In this document: piece by piece, positions 16,577 to 25,372 of the stretch
Layout: each line of letters begins with the position of its first letter
Position numbering within the stretch: the stretch's first letter is position 1
Source of the DNA: Lysobacterales bacterium
GTDB taxonomy: Bacteria; Pseudomonadota; Gammaproteobacteria; Xanthomonadales; Xanthomonadaceae
Assembly (NCBI GenBank): GCA_017302135.1
Contig: JAFLDZ010000005.1
Location: 84,159-148,158, forward strand
Direction: 5' to 3'
DNA: 64,000 nt
Notes under the pieces: model-generated
Databases searched by the model: none
Told to the model about the DNA's origin: nothing
What the model saw: only the letters and a program-made list of their open reading frames with translations
Translations under genes and position numbers: made by a program

Positions 16577-17620
16577 ATGGCATTGAGTGTGACGATCAAA
16601 GACGTGGCGCGTGTGGCGAAGGTCTCGGTGGCCACCGTTTCGCGTGCGCTCAACGGTCACGACAACGTCGCCGAAGCGGTTCGCAGCCGCGTGCTCGCGG
16701 TCGCGCACGAACTGCGCTACAGCCCGCATCACGCCGCGCGCAGTCTCAGCAGTCGTCGCACCCACACCATCGGTGTGGTGCTGCCCGATCTCTACGGCGA
16801 ATTCTTTTCCGAACTGATCCGCGGCATCGATCTCGTCGCGCGCGAATGCGGCCTGCATCTGCTGGTGTCGAGCTACCACGGACATCCCGAAGAACAGGCC
16901 TCTGCGCTGCGCGCGATGCGCGGCCGGGTCGATGGCCTGCTGGTGATGTCCCCGCACGCGGGCAATATCGATTTCCTGAGCGAGAATCTGGCGGCGCTGC
17001 CGGCGGTGCTGATCAATTCGCAGCCGACCGAATCGCAGCACGTCGCGTTCGGCATCGACAATTACGGCGGCGCGCGGACGATGATGGAACATCTGTTGGC
17101 TGCCGGGCATCGCCGGATCGCGTTCATCGCCGGTCCACCGAACAACTTCGACGCCTTCGAGCGTCTGCGCGGCTATCGCGATGCGCTGCTCGCGGCGGAC
17201 GCCAGCGCCACGCCCTGGGTGCTGCCGGGAGATTTCAGCGAGGCTTCCGGACATCGCGCCGGGCAGATGCTGCTGGAAGACAGCGATCGTCCGGATGCGG
17301 TCTTCGCCGCCAACGACATGATGGCGCTCGGTTGCCTGTTCGCGCTGAATCAGGGCGGCGCCCGCGTGCCGGACCAGATCGCGTTGGCCGGTTTCGACGA
17401 TATTCCGATCGCGCGCTATGTGGCGCCCTCGCTGACCACCATGCGCGTGAATATTCCAGAGCTGGGCGCGCACGCGATGCGTCTGTTGCTCGATCTGCAG
17501 AACGATGAAAGCGTCGACGCAGAGCGGCTTACCCCGCTGGTGCCGGAATTGATCGTGCGCGAATCCAGTCGTTCCGCCGGCACTGTCCGCCCGGCGACCC
17601 TGTCAGATGGAGGCCCATGA
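16577..17620 (+). CDS. LacI family transcriptional regulator
   Basis: Track ORF 16406..17620 trimmed to MALSVTIKDVARVAKVSVATVSRALNG (helix-turn-helix), followed by a periplasmic-binding-protein-like sugar-binding core (IGVVLPDL...FFSELIRGI, AANDMMALG, ALAGFDDIP). Confidence 0.9.
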   Translation: MALSVTIKDVARVAKVSVATVSRALNGHDNVAEAVRSRVLAVAHELRYSPHHAARSLSSRRTHTIGVVLPDLYGEFFSELIRGIDLVARECGLHLLVSSYHGHPEEQASALRAMRGRVDGLLVMSPHAGNIDFLSENLAALPAVLINSQPTESQHVAFGIDNYGGARTMMEHLLAAGHRRIAFIAGPPNNFDAFERLRGYRDALLAADASATPWVLPGDFSEASGHRAGQMLLEDSDRPDAVFAANDMMALGCLFALNQGGARVPDQIALAGFDDIPIARYVAPSLTTMRVNIPELGAHAMRLLLDLQNDESVDAERLTPLVPELIVRESSRSAGTVRPATLSDGGP

Positions 17621-17653
17621 GCAGATCCGCAGGCCCCTTTTTTTGAGTTTGGA

Positions 17654-17667
17654 TGTAATCGTTTACA
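17654..17667. promoter_or_regulatory. LacI-type operator copy 2 (TGTAATCGTTTACA), upstream of the TonB-dependent receptor gene
   Basis: 14-bp imperfect palindrome 46 nt upstream of ATG 17713. Confidence 0.6.
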
Positions 17668-17712
17668 GCTTTCGAAACCACAAGCATCAACGCCCTCGGG
17701 AGGGGTGAAGCC

Positions 17713-20700
17713 ATGAATCAACAACATCGTTCGACTGGTCGACAGACCACACTTCCTCAGCACCGGCGCCGGTTCGAGCGCAGCCTGCTGAGCTGCGCTC
17801 TGGTGAGCGCCCTGTTCTTTGCAGCGCCTGCGGCGTTCGCACAGTCGACCGGCGCCACCGTGCGCGGCCAGGTCGCCGCGGACGCCAGAGTGACTGCGAC
17901 CAATGTCGAAACCGGCTTCAGCCGAAGCGTCGAAGCCGGCGACAGCGGCAGTTATTCGCTGGTGGGCCTGCCGCCGGGCACCTATCGCGTCAGCGTGGAA
18001 GCCGGTGGCCAGACCACGGCCCGCGATGTGGTCCTGCGCGTCGGTGAAACCGTCACCCTCGACGGCGATGCGGTCACGCAGGCGCCCGAAAACGAACTCG
18101 ATACCGTCGTGATCACCGGCTCGGTGTTGACCGAGACCAAGACTTCGGAAGTCGGCGGCTATGTGAGCAAGCGTCAGATCGAATCGTTGCCGCAGAACTC
18201 GCGGAATTTTCTCGCGTTCGCCGACATCGTCCCCGGTGTCGTCTTCAATACCGGCGGCGATGGCTCCACCTCAGTTCGTAGCGGTGCGCAGTTGTCCAGC
18301 GGCATCAACGTTTTCATCGACGGTGTCGGGCAGAAAGACTACATCCTCAAAGGCGGCGTCACCGGCCAGGACTCAAGCCGCGGCAATCCGTTTCCGCAGC
18401 TCGGCATCGCCGAGTACAAAGTCATCACCTCGAACTACAAAGCGGAATACGACCAGCTGAGCAGCGCCGCGATTACGGCGGTCACCCAATCGGGCACCAA
18501 TGAATTCAAGGGCAGTTTCTTCTGGGACAGCGTGAGCGGCGGCGCGATCGCCAGAACCATCCGCGAAGACAAGGGCCTGGATAAAAAGCCCGACAGCAAG
18601 GATCTGCAATACGGCGTGTCGTTCGGCGGGCCGATCATCCAGGATCGGATGCATTTCTTCATCACTTACGAAGCGAAAGACCGCGACGATGCGCGGCAGA
18701 TCGATCCGGGCAGGAATCTCGAAATCGAAAATCTACCCGCGCAGTTCCGGGAAGAGGCTCGTAACACCACCAACGCACCGTTCCGGGAAGACCTGTACTT
18801 CGGCAAGATCGACTGGACGCCTGCGGACGACCATCTGATCGAATTGACGGTCAAGCGTCGCGAAGAGGACGAGTTGACCAACATCGGTGGCCAGAATCTG
18901 TCTTCCAGCGGCACGTTGAAGTTCGGTGAGGAAACACGCATAGATCTGCGTCATCAATACAGCGCCGCGAATTGGCTCAACGATGCGCACATCACGTTCG
19001 AAGACACCACCTTTGCGCCACGCACCGCATCGAACGAAAACGGCTATCTGTTGTTCATCCCGCGCGCTGGCGAAGAAGCCAACAACAATCCGGGCATGGA
19101 CCAGATCATCCGCAGGGGCGGCGGCGGCGATTATCAGGACAAAGGGCAAAAAGGCTACTCCCTGCAGAACGATTTTTCGTTCTACGGCTGGGAAGGTCAC
19201 ACGGTCAAAGCCGGCATCAAGTACAAGCTCATCGATATCAGCGCCTTCGAGCAGAGTCCGTATTCTCCGCAGTTCCGCTACGACGGCCTGCGCAGTCTCA
19301 CGGTGCCGTACTTCGTGCAGTTCTCGGCTTCCGGAAACGGCTATCCGACGTCCGTCGAGTCGAGCAGCAAGCAGTTCGGCATCTATCTGCAGGACGATTG
19401 GGCGATTACCGATCGTTTGACGCTCAATATGGGGCTTCGCTGGGATTACGAAAGCACGCCGAGTTACGAGGATCACGTCACTCCCGCGGGTTTGGTGAGC
19501 GCGCTGCAGGCATGGCCCAACATCAACAACGCCAATGTCGACTACGATTACAACGACTACATCAGCAATGGCAATAATCGCAGTGCATTCGAGGGCGCCT
19601 GGCAGCCGCGGCTGGGTTTCTCCTACGATCTCACCGGCGACGAACGTCATGTGATCTTCGGCGGCGCGGGCCGTTCCTACAATCGCAACCAGTTCGACTA
19701 CCTGTCGTACGAGAAGTACCGTCTCGCGTTCCAGCGCTACGAATTGAACTTCAATACGCCCGGTCACACCTGTGTCGTTGGACCGACCTGCTTCAACTGG
19801 GATCCAAGCTATGCCGATCCGGATAATCTGGCGGCGCTTGTTGCGGGCACGTCCAACGGCGCCGAAGTGTTTCTGATCAACAACGACCTGAAGACACCGT
19901 ATTCCGACCAGTTCAGTATCGGCATGCGCAATGCTTTCGAGTTGTTCGGCCACGATTGGAATTCATCGGTCACGCTGATGCATGTGCGCAGCCACGATGG
20001 GATTCTGTTCACGATGGGAAATCGCTATCCCAACGGTGAGTTCCGCAACAATCCGGCACTGGATTGGGGTGGTCAGCCATGGGGCGAATCGCTGCCGGGA
20101 TGGGGCCGTTTCTTCCTCGGCGACAATGCGGTCGAAACCCGCTTGAATTCCCTGCTGCTGTCGTTGGACAAGCCCTACACGCGCGAATCTCACTGGGGCG
20201 TGAGCTTGGCTTACACGTACAGCGATGCGGAAGAAAATCGCAGCAATTCCGATCAATTCTCCTTCGACTACCCGAACCTGGATGGGGTTGCGTTCACGGA
20301 TGCGCTGGGCGTCTCGAAGCATCGCCTGGTGGCGACCGGCATCGCCGATTTCTGGGGAATGACCGCCTCGGCAAAGCTCACCTTGACCAGCCCAAGATCC
20401 GTCGAAGCGATCAACTGTTACGAGGTGACTGCTCCGGGCAACTGCTATTTCGATCCGTTCCGCCCGGATGGCACGCTCGCCTACAAACAACTCGATCTTT
20501 CCCTGCAAAAAGAGTGGGATACCGGAACCAATATCAAGTTCCGCGTTCGCGGCGATCTCATCAATGCGTTCAATTGGCGCAATTACGGCGCTGGTGAATA
20601 TTCCAACTGGCGCGGTTGGGACGGTGGCGCCGACCCGAACTTCGGCCGACGCACGGGCGATGGCATCGAGCGTCCGACGCGGACCTTCAAGTTGTCGGTC

Positions 20701-20715
20701 GGTTTCATCTGGTAA
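17713..20715 (+). CDS. TonB-dependent outer-membrane receptor (carbohydrate-type, with an N-terminal carboxypeptidase-regulatory-like domain)
   Basis: 1000-aa ORF with GGGAGGGG upstream. Signal peptide ...LFFAAPAAFAQS; STGATVRGQV...GSYSLVGLPPGTYRVSV; plug region; beta-barrel ending in the aromatic residue ...FKLSVGFIW. Confidence 0.9.
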   Translation: MNQQHRSTGRQTTLPQHRRRFERSLLSCALVSALFFAAPAAFAQSTGATVRGQVAADARVTATNVETGFSRSVEAGDSGSYSLVGLPPGTYRVSVEAGGQTTARDVVLRVGETVTLDGDAVTQAPENELDTVVITGSVLTETKTSEVGGYVSKRQIESLPQNSRNFLAFADIVPGVVFNTGGDGSTSVRSGAQLSSGINVFIDGVGQKDYILKGGVTGQDSSRGNPFPQLGIAEYKVITSNYKAEYDQLSSAAITAVTQSGTNEFKGSFFWDSVSGGAIARTIREDKGLDKKPDSKDLQYGVSFGGPIIQDRMHFFITYEAKDRDDARQIDPGRNLEIENLPAQFREEARNTTNAPFREDLYFGKIDWTPADDHLIELTVKRREEDELTNIGGQNLSSSGTLKFGEETRIDLRHQYSAANWLNDAHITFEDTTFAPRTASNENGYLLFIPRAGEEANNNPGMDQIIRRGGGGDYQDKGQKGYSLQNDFSFYGWEGHTVKAGIKYKLIDISAFEQSPYSPQFRYDGLRSLTVPYFVQFSASGNGYPTSVESSSKQFGIYLQDDWAITDRLTLNMGLRWDYESTPSYEDHVTPAGLVSALQAWPNINNANVDYDYNDYISNGNNRSAFEGAWQPRLGFSYDLTGDERHVIFGGAGRSYNRNQFDYLSYEKYRLAFQRYELNFNTPGHTCVVGPTCFNWDPSYADPDNLAALVAGTSNGAEVFLINNDLKTPYSDQFSIGMRNAFELFGHDWNSSVTLMHVRSHDGILFTMGNRYPNGEFRNNPALDWGGQPWGESLPGWGRFFLGDNAVETRLNSLLLSLDKPYTRESHWGVSLAYTYSDAEENRSNSDQFSFDYPNLDGVAFTDALGVSKHRLVATGIADFWGMTASAKLTLTSPRSVEAINCYEVTAPGNCYFDPFRPDGTLAYKQLDLSLQKEWDTGTNIKFRVRGDLINAFNWRNYGAGEYSNWRGWDGGADPNFGRRTGDGIERPTRTFKLSVGFIW

Positions 20716-20766
20716 CAGTGTCGTGCGGCTGCCCGAGGCAATCGGGCGGCCGCTGTCTTCCCATCG

Positions 20767-22293
20767 ATGCAGGAGTTCCGTTTGAGCCATCCGATATTCC
20801 GTATCGCCACGATGGCGGCGCTGTCGCTCTCCCTCGCATTACTCGCCGCTTGCCGCGATTCCCCCGAAGCGGCGGTGGTGAAGCCGGAAATCGATCCGCC
20901 GTCCACACCCGTGGCTGGCGCGCCGCTGCCACCGCTGTTCGACGACATCGAACGGCGGACGTTCGATTTCTTCTGGGAAACCACCAACGAGGAGAATGGT
21001 CTCGCGCCGGATCGTCATCCGTCGCGGCCGTTTTCCAGCATCGCCGCGGTTGGTTTTGCGCTCACGGCCTATCCGATCGGCGTCGAGCGCGACTGGATCA
21101 CCCGCGAGCAGGCGGCGACGCGGACGCTGACGACGCTGCGTTTCCTGCGCGATGCGCCGACCGGTCCTGAAGCGAAAGGCCGCTCCGGCTATCGCGGGTT
21201 CTACTACCATTTCCTCGATATGCGCAGCGGCCAGCGCTTCGATTCCTGGGTGGAACTGTCGAGCGTGGACACCGGCCTGCTGATGATGGGCGTGCTGTTC
21301 GCGCAGAGTTTCTACGACGCCGACAACGACGCCGAGCGCGAGATCCGTGCGATCGCCGAGGATTTGTATCGCCGCGTCGAATGGAGCTGGATGCAGGCCC
21401 GTCCGCCGTTGATTTCGATGGGTTGGATGCCGGAGAAGCAGTCTTTCATCACCCACGATTGGAAGGGTTACAACGAAGCCATGCTGGTGTATGTGCTGGC
21501 GCTGGGTTCGCCCACGCATCCGGTCGGGCCGGAGGCCTGGCAGGCGTGGACGCGCACCTACGACCGCAATTGGGGAGAATTCCAGGGGCAGACGCATCTG
21601 CGCTTCGCGCCGCAGTTCGGCCATCAGTACAGTCATGTCTGGATCGACTTTCGCGGTATCCACGATGCATACATGCGCGATAAACGCCCGCGTGACGAGG
21701 GTCTGGATTATTTCGAGAACAGTCGCCGCGCCACGCTCGCGCAGCACGCCTACGCGGTCGCCAATCCGATGGGCTGGAAAGGTTACGACGACAAGGTCTG
21801 GGGCTTGACCGCCAGCGACGGGCCGCAGACCACGAAGCAGGTTTATCGCGGCGAACAGCGCGAATTCCGCAACTACAGTGCGCGCGGCCCGGGGCCGATC
21901 GACGGCTTCGATGACGGCACGTTGGCGCCGACCGCAGCGTTGGCGTCGCTGCCATTCGCACCCGAACTGGTGGTGCCGACGGCGGAAGCGATGCGTGCGC
22001 GGTATGGCGATGATCTCTACGGACGTTACGGCTTTATCGACGCGTTCAATCCGAGTTTCGAATATCCGGTGCCGCTGGTGACCGGCAAGGTCGTACCGGG
22101 TAAAGGCTGGTTCGCCAGCGACTATCTGGGGATCGATCAGGGGCCGATTCTCGCAATGATCGCGAATCACCGCGATGGCTTCGTCTGGAACGTGATGAAG
22201 CGCAATCCGCATATCCGTCGCGGGCTCGAGCGCGCGGGGTTCGAGGGCGGATGGCTCGCTACACCATCGCCACCACCCGCAGCGACGCGGTAA
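20767..22293 (+). CDS. Glucoamylase-like (alpha/alpha)6 protein, GH144-like putative endo-beta-1,2-glucanase; predicted lipoprotein
   Basis: 508-aa ORF with lipobox LALLAAC. Motifs I associate with the PF10091/GH144 family: FDFFWETTNEENGLAPDR, VGFALTAYPIGVERDWITR, YRGFYYHFLDM, SSVDTGLLMMGVLF, GYNEAMLVYVLALGSPTHP, QYSHVWIDFRGI, YFENSRRATLAQ, WGLTASDGP, YGFIDAFNP, DYLGIDQGPILAMI. Confidence 0.8.
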   Translation: MQEFRLSHPIFRIATMAALSLSLALLAACRDSPEAAVVKPEIDPPSTPVAGAPLPPLFDDIERRTFDFFWETTNEENGLAPDRHPSRPFSSIAAVGFALTAYPIGVERDWITREQAATRTLTTLRFLRDAPTGPEAKGRSGYRGFYYHFLDMRSGQRFDSWVELSSVDTGLLMMGVLFAQSFYDADNDAEREIRAIAEDLYRRVEWSWMQARPPLISMGWMPEKQSFITHDWKGYNEAMLVYVLALGSPTHPVGPEAWQAWTRTYDRNWGEFQGQTHLRFAPQFGHQYSHVWIDFRGIHDAYMRDKRPRDEGLDYFENSRRATLAQHAYAVANPMGWKGYDDKVWGLTASDGPQTTKQVYRGEQREFRNYSARGPGPIDGFDDGTLAPTAALASLPFAPELVVPTAEAMRARYGDDLYGRYGFIDAFNPSFEYPVPLVTGKVVPGKGWFASDYLGIDQGPILAMIANHRDGFVWNVMKRNPHIRRGLERAGFEGGWLATPSPPPAATR

Positions 22294-22302
22294 GGTCGGC
22301 GC

Positions 22303-23574
22303 ATGCGTGCGATCGCGGTCCTGCTCTGTGTCCTGCTCGGGCTGACGGCTTGCCGTCGGACCGACGACCGCGTGGTCATCCGGTTCTGGGCGATGGGGCG
22401 CGAGGCCGAAGTGGTCGGCGCGCTGATCCCGCAGTTCGAGCGCGAGCATCCCGGTCTGCGCGTCGAGCTGCAGCAGATTCCGTGGACTGCGGCGCACGAG
22501 AAATTGCTGACCGCCTACGCTGCGGACGCATTGCCCGATATCTGCCAGCTCGGCAACACCTGGGTGCCGGAGTTCGCCGAACTGCATGCGCTCGAACCAT
22601 TGCAGCCATACGTCGATGCCTCGCCTGTCGTTGCGCAGAAGGACTATTTCGCCGGGATCTGGGACACCAATGTCGTCGATGGCCAGGTCTACGGCGTGCC
22701 CTGGTATGTCGATACGCGGCTGTTGTTCTATCGCAAGGATCTGCTCGCCGCCGCCGGTTACGACCAGCCGCCGCAGACCTGGGAAGAATGGCGTGCGGCG
22801 ATGGCGGCGATCAAACAACAGCGCGGCAAGGATCGCTACGCGATCCTGTTGCCGCTGAACGAGTTCGAACAACTGCTGTCGCTGGCGCTGCAGCAGGACG
22901 ATCCGCTGCTCGATGGCGGTCGCAGCAATCTCGACAGCGCCGGGTTCCGGCGCGCGCTCGGTTTCTATGCGGACATGTTCAAGGAGGGATTCGCGCCGCA
23001 GATGTCGGAGACGCAGATCTCCAATGTCTGGGACGAATTCTTCAACGGCATGTTCGTGTTCTACGTGTCGGGCCCTTGGAATATCCGCGAATTCCGCAAG
23101 CGCGCGCCGCCGGGTCTCGAGGATGCGTGGGGCACCGCGCCGCTGCCGGGCCCGGATGGATTGGGCGCCGGCATCGCTGGCGGCACCAGTCTCGTGCTGT
23201 TCCGCAATTCACCGCGCAAAAAAGCGGCGTGGACGTTCGTCGAATTCCTCTCGCGCCCGGAGATACAGGAGACATTCCACGCCGACATCGGCGACCTGCC
23301 GCCGCGTCGCAGTACATGGGAGCGACCCGCGTTGCGCAGCGATCCCTACGCCGCCGCGTTCCGCGATCAGCTCGAACGCGTGAAGCCGACGCCGAAGGTG
23401 CTGGAGTGGGAGCGGATCGTCCAGGAGATGCGCCTGACCAGCGAACGCGTAGTGCGCGGAGGCCAGTCGCAGGACGCGGCCGTGCGTCAGCTCGACGCCC
23501 GCGTCGATGCGCTGCTCGAAAAGCGCCGCTGGGTGGAAGCGCGACGCACGGTATCGACGGAGGCTGCGCCATGA
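22303..23574 (+). CDS. ABC transporter sugar-binding protein (family 1 solute-binding), lipoprotein-type signal
   Basis: 423-aa ORF: MRAIAVLLCVLLGLTAC lipobox, IRFWAMG, typical SBP_bac_1 layout. The stop overlaps the next gene's start (ATGA). Confidence 0.85.
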   Translation: MRAIAVLLCVLLGLTACRRTDDRVVIRFWAMGREAEVVGALIPQFEREHPGLRVELQQIPWTAAHEKLLTAYAADALPDICQLGNTWVPEFAELHALEPLQPYVDASPVVAQKDYFAGIWDTNVVDGQVYGVPWYVDTRLLFYRKDLLAAAGYDQPPQTWEEWRAAMAAIKQQRGKDRYAILLPLNEFEQLLSLALQQDDPLLDGGRSNLDSAGFRRALGFYADMFKEGFAPQMSETQISNVWDEFFNGMFVFYVSGPWNIREFRKRAPPGLEDAWGTAPLPGPDGLGAGIAGGTSLVLFRNSPRKKAAWTFVEFLSRPEIQETFHADIGDLPPRRSTWERPALRSDPYAAAFRDQLERVKPTPKVLEWERIVQEMRLTSERVVRGGQSQDAAVRQLDARVDALLEKRRWVEARRTVSTEAAP

Positions 23575-24449
23575 AGCCGACACTGGCCGCATGGGTCTTC
23601 GTCGCCCCGGCCTTGATCGTGCTGTTGGTGTTCTTCGGCCTGCCGGTGTTTTCGGCGCTGCTGCTGAGCCTGACCGATTTCGATCTGTACGCGCTCGCGG
23701 ACTGGCGCAATCTGCGCTTCGTCGGTCTGGGCAACTACAGCGAACTGCTGCAGATGCCGATCTTCTGGAAATCGCTCGGCAACACGTTCTATTTCGTGAT
23801 CGTCGGCGTGCCGCTGTCGATCTCGGTATCGCTGGGCGCGGCGCTGTTGCTCAACGCGCCGGCCACCCGCTTCCGGGCATTCTTCCGCACCGCGCTGTTC
23901 GCGCCTGTGGTAACGACGCTGGTCGCCGTCGCGGTGATCTGGCGTTATCTGTTCCATACCAGCTATGGATTGGTGAACTGGGCGCTGGGCTATCTGGGCA
24001 TTCCTGCGGTCGACTGGCTGGGCGATCCGCACTGGGCGATGCCGACCATCATCCTGCTCGCGGTGTGGAAGAACTTCGGCTACAACATGGTGATCTTCCT
24101 CGCTGGCCTGCAGGCGATTCCGCAGGATCTGTACGAGGCCGCGCGCATCGATGGCGCATCGCGCCGCCGGCAGTTCCTGCACATCACCCTGCCGATGCTC
24201 GGGCCGGTGCTGATGGTGGTCGGCGTGATCACCGTCGCCGGTTACTTCCAACTGTTCGCTGAACCCTATGTGATGACACGCGGCGATCCGCTGCAGAGCA
24301 CGGTCAGCGTGCTGTACTTCATGTTCGAGGAAGGCTTCCGCTGGTGGAATCTCGGCCGCGCTTCGGCGGTGGCGTTCCTGCTGTTCCTGATCATCCTTGC
24401 GGTGACCGCCGCGATGATGCGCTTCGGCCGCAGGAAGGGCATGGTATGA
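23571..24449 (+). CDS. ABC transporter permease (MalF/UgpA-like)
   Basis: C-terminal 292 aa of the artefactually long track ORF 22251..24449, starting MKPTLAAWVFVAPALIVLLVFF. EAA loop YEAARIDGASRRRQFLHITLPMLGP. Confidence 0.9.
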   Translation: MKPTLAAWVFVAPALIVLLVFFGLPVFSALLLSLTDFDLYALADWRNLRFVGLGNYSELLQMPIFWKSLGNTFYFVIVGVPLSISVSLGAALLLNAPATRFRAFFRTALFAPVVTTLVAVAVIWRYLFHTSYGLVNWALGYLGIPAVDWLGDPHWAMPTIILLAVWKNFGYNMVIFLAGLQAIPQDLYEAARIDGASRRRQFLHITLPMLGPVLMVVGVITVAGYFQLFAEPYVMTRGDPLQSTVSVLYFMFEEGFRWWNLGRASAVAFLLFLIILAVTAAMMRFGRRKGMV

Positions 24450-25318
24450 GCGCGACTGTCGGACAACAGGCCGGACAACAGGCCGCACAACCAGTCGGCG
24501 ATTCGCGCGGCCACGCGCTGCTGGTGCACATCGGCCTGTTCGCGCTGACCGCGCTCAGCCTCGCGCCGCTGCTGTGGATGCTGTCGGTTTCGTTCATGCC
24601 CGCAGGCGGCGCCAGCCGCTTTCCGCCGCCGCTGCTGCCGTCGTCGGCGACGCTGGACAACTACCGCGCGCTGTTCGAGCGGATCGGCATGGGCGGCTAT
24701 TTCGCCAACAGCGTGCTGGTCGCCATCGCGATCACCGCGCTGTCGCTGCTGATCAACACCATGGCCGGCTATGCGTTCGCGAAACTGCGCTTCGCCGGCC
24801 GCGAACGCATCTTCAAGCTGCTGCTCGCCGCGCTGGTGATCCCGTCGCAGGTCGCGATGCTGCCGCTGTTCCTGATGCTGAAACAGATGGGCCTGGTGAA
24901 CAGCTACGCCGGCGTGATCGTGCCGGGGCTTGCATCGATTTTCGGCATTTTCCTGGTGCGCCAGTACGCGCGATCCATTCCCGATGAGCTGATCGAAGCC
25001 GCGCGCATCGACGGTGCGGGCGAGTGGCTGATCTTCTTCCGGATCGTGCTGCCGATGCTCAAGCCGGTGCTGGTGACGCTGGCGATCTTCACCTTCATGG
25101 GCAGCTGGAACGATTTCATGTGGCCGCTGATCGTCCTGACCGACCAGGCCAACTACACCTTGCCCGTCGCATTGGCGTCGCTGTCGCGCGAACACATCCA
25201 GGATGTGGAAATGATGATGGCCGGCGCCGTGCTCACGGTGCTGCCGGTGCTGCTGCTGTTCGTGATGCTGCAGCGGTATTACATCCAAGGGCTGCTGTTG
25301 GGCAGCGTGAAAGGCTGA
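24446..25318 (+). CDS. ABC transporter permease (MalG/UgpE-like)
   Basis: Track ORF 24344..25318 trimmed to MSATVGQQAG (ATG 24446 overlaps the upstream TGA). EAA loop IEAARIDGAGEWLIFFRIVLPMLKP. Confidence 0.9.
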   Translation: MSATVGQQAGQQAAQPVGDSRGHALLVHIGLFALTALSLAPLLWMLSVSFMPAGGASRFPPPLLPSSATLDNYRALFERIGMGGYFANSVLVAIAITALSLLINTMAGYAFAKLRFAGRERIFKLLLAALVIPSQVAMLPLFLMLKQMGLVNSYAGVIVPGLASIFGIFLVRQYARSIPDELIEAARIDGAGEWLIFFRIVLPMLKPVLVTLAIFTFMGSWNDFMWPLIVLTDQANYTLPVALASLSREHIQDVEMMMAGAVLTVLPVLLLFVMLQRYYIQGLLLGSVKG

Positions 25319-25372
25319 AAGCCAAGCGGCTCGTCGGTTCTCCAGATAGTCGATTTTAGAGGTGCTTCAAAC

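Noticed and set aside
17621-17650. T7 run (17638-17644) after the LacI-family gene, suggesting a terminator
   Set aside because: The preceding sequence forms at best a 4-bp GGCC:GGCC stem. That is too weak to call, and the T-run may belong to the TBDT promoter region.
22251-23570. N-terminal 440 aa of the 732-aa track ORF 22251..24449, which looks like a giant fusion with the first permease
   Set aside because: This part overlaps the solute-binding-protein gene out of frame and is Arg/Ala-rich junk. The permease begins at ATG 23571, which overlaps the SBP stop.
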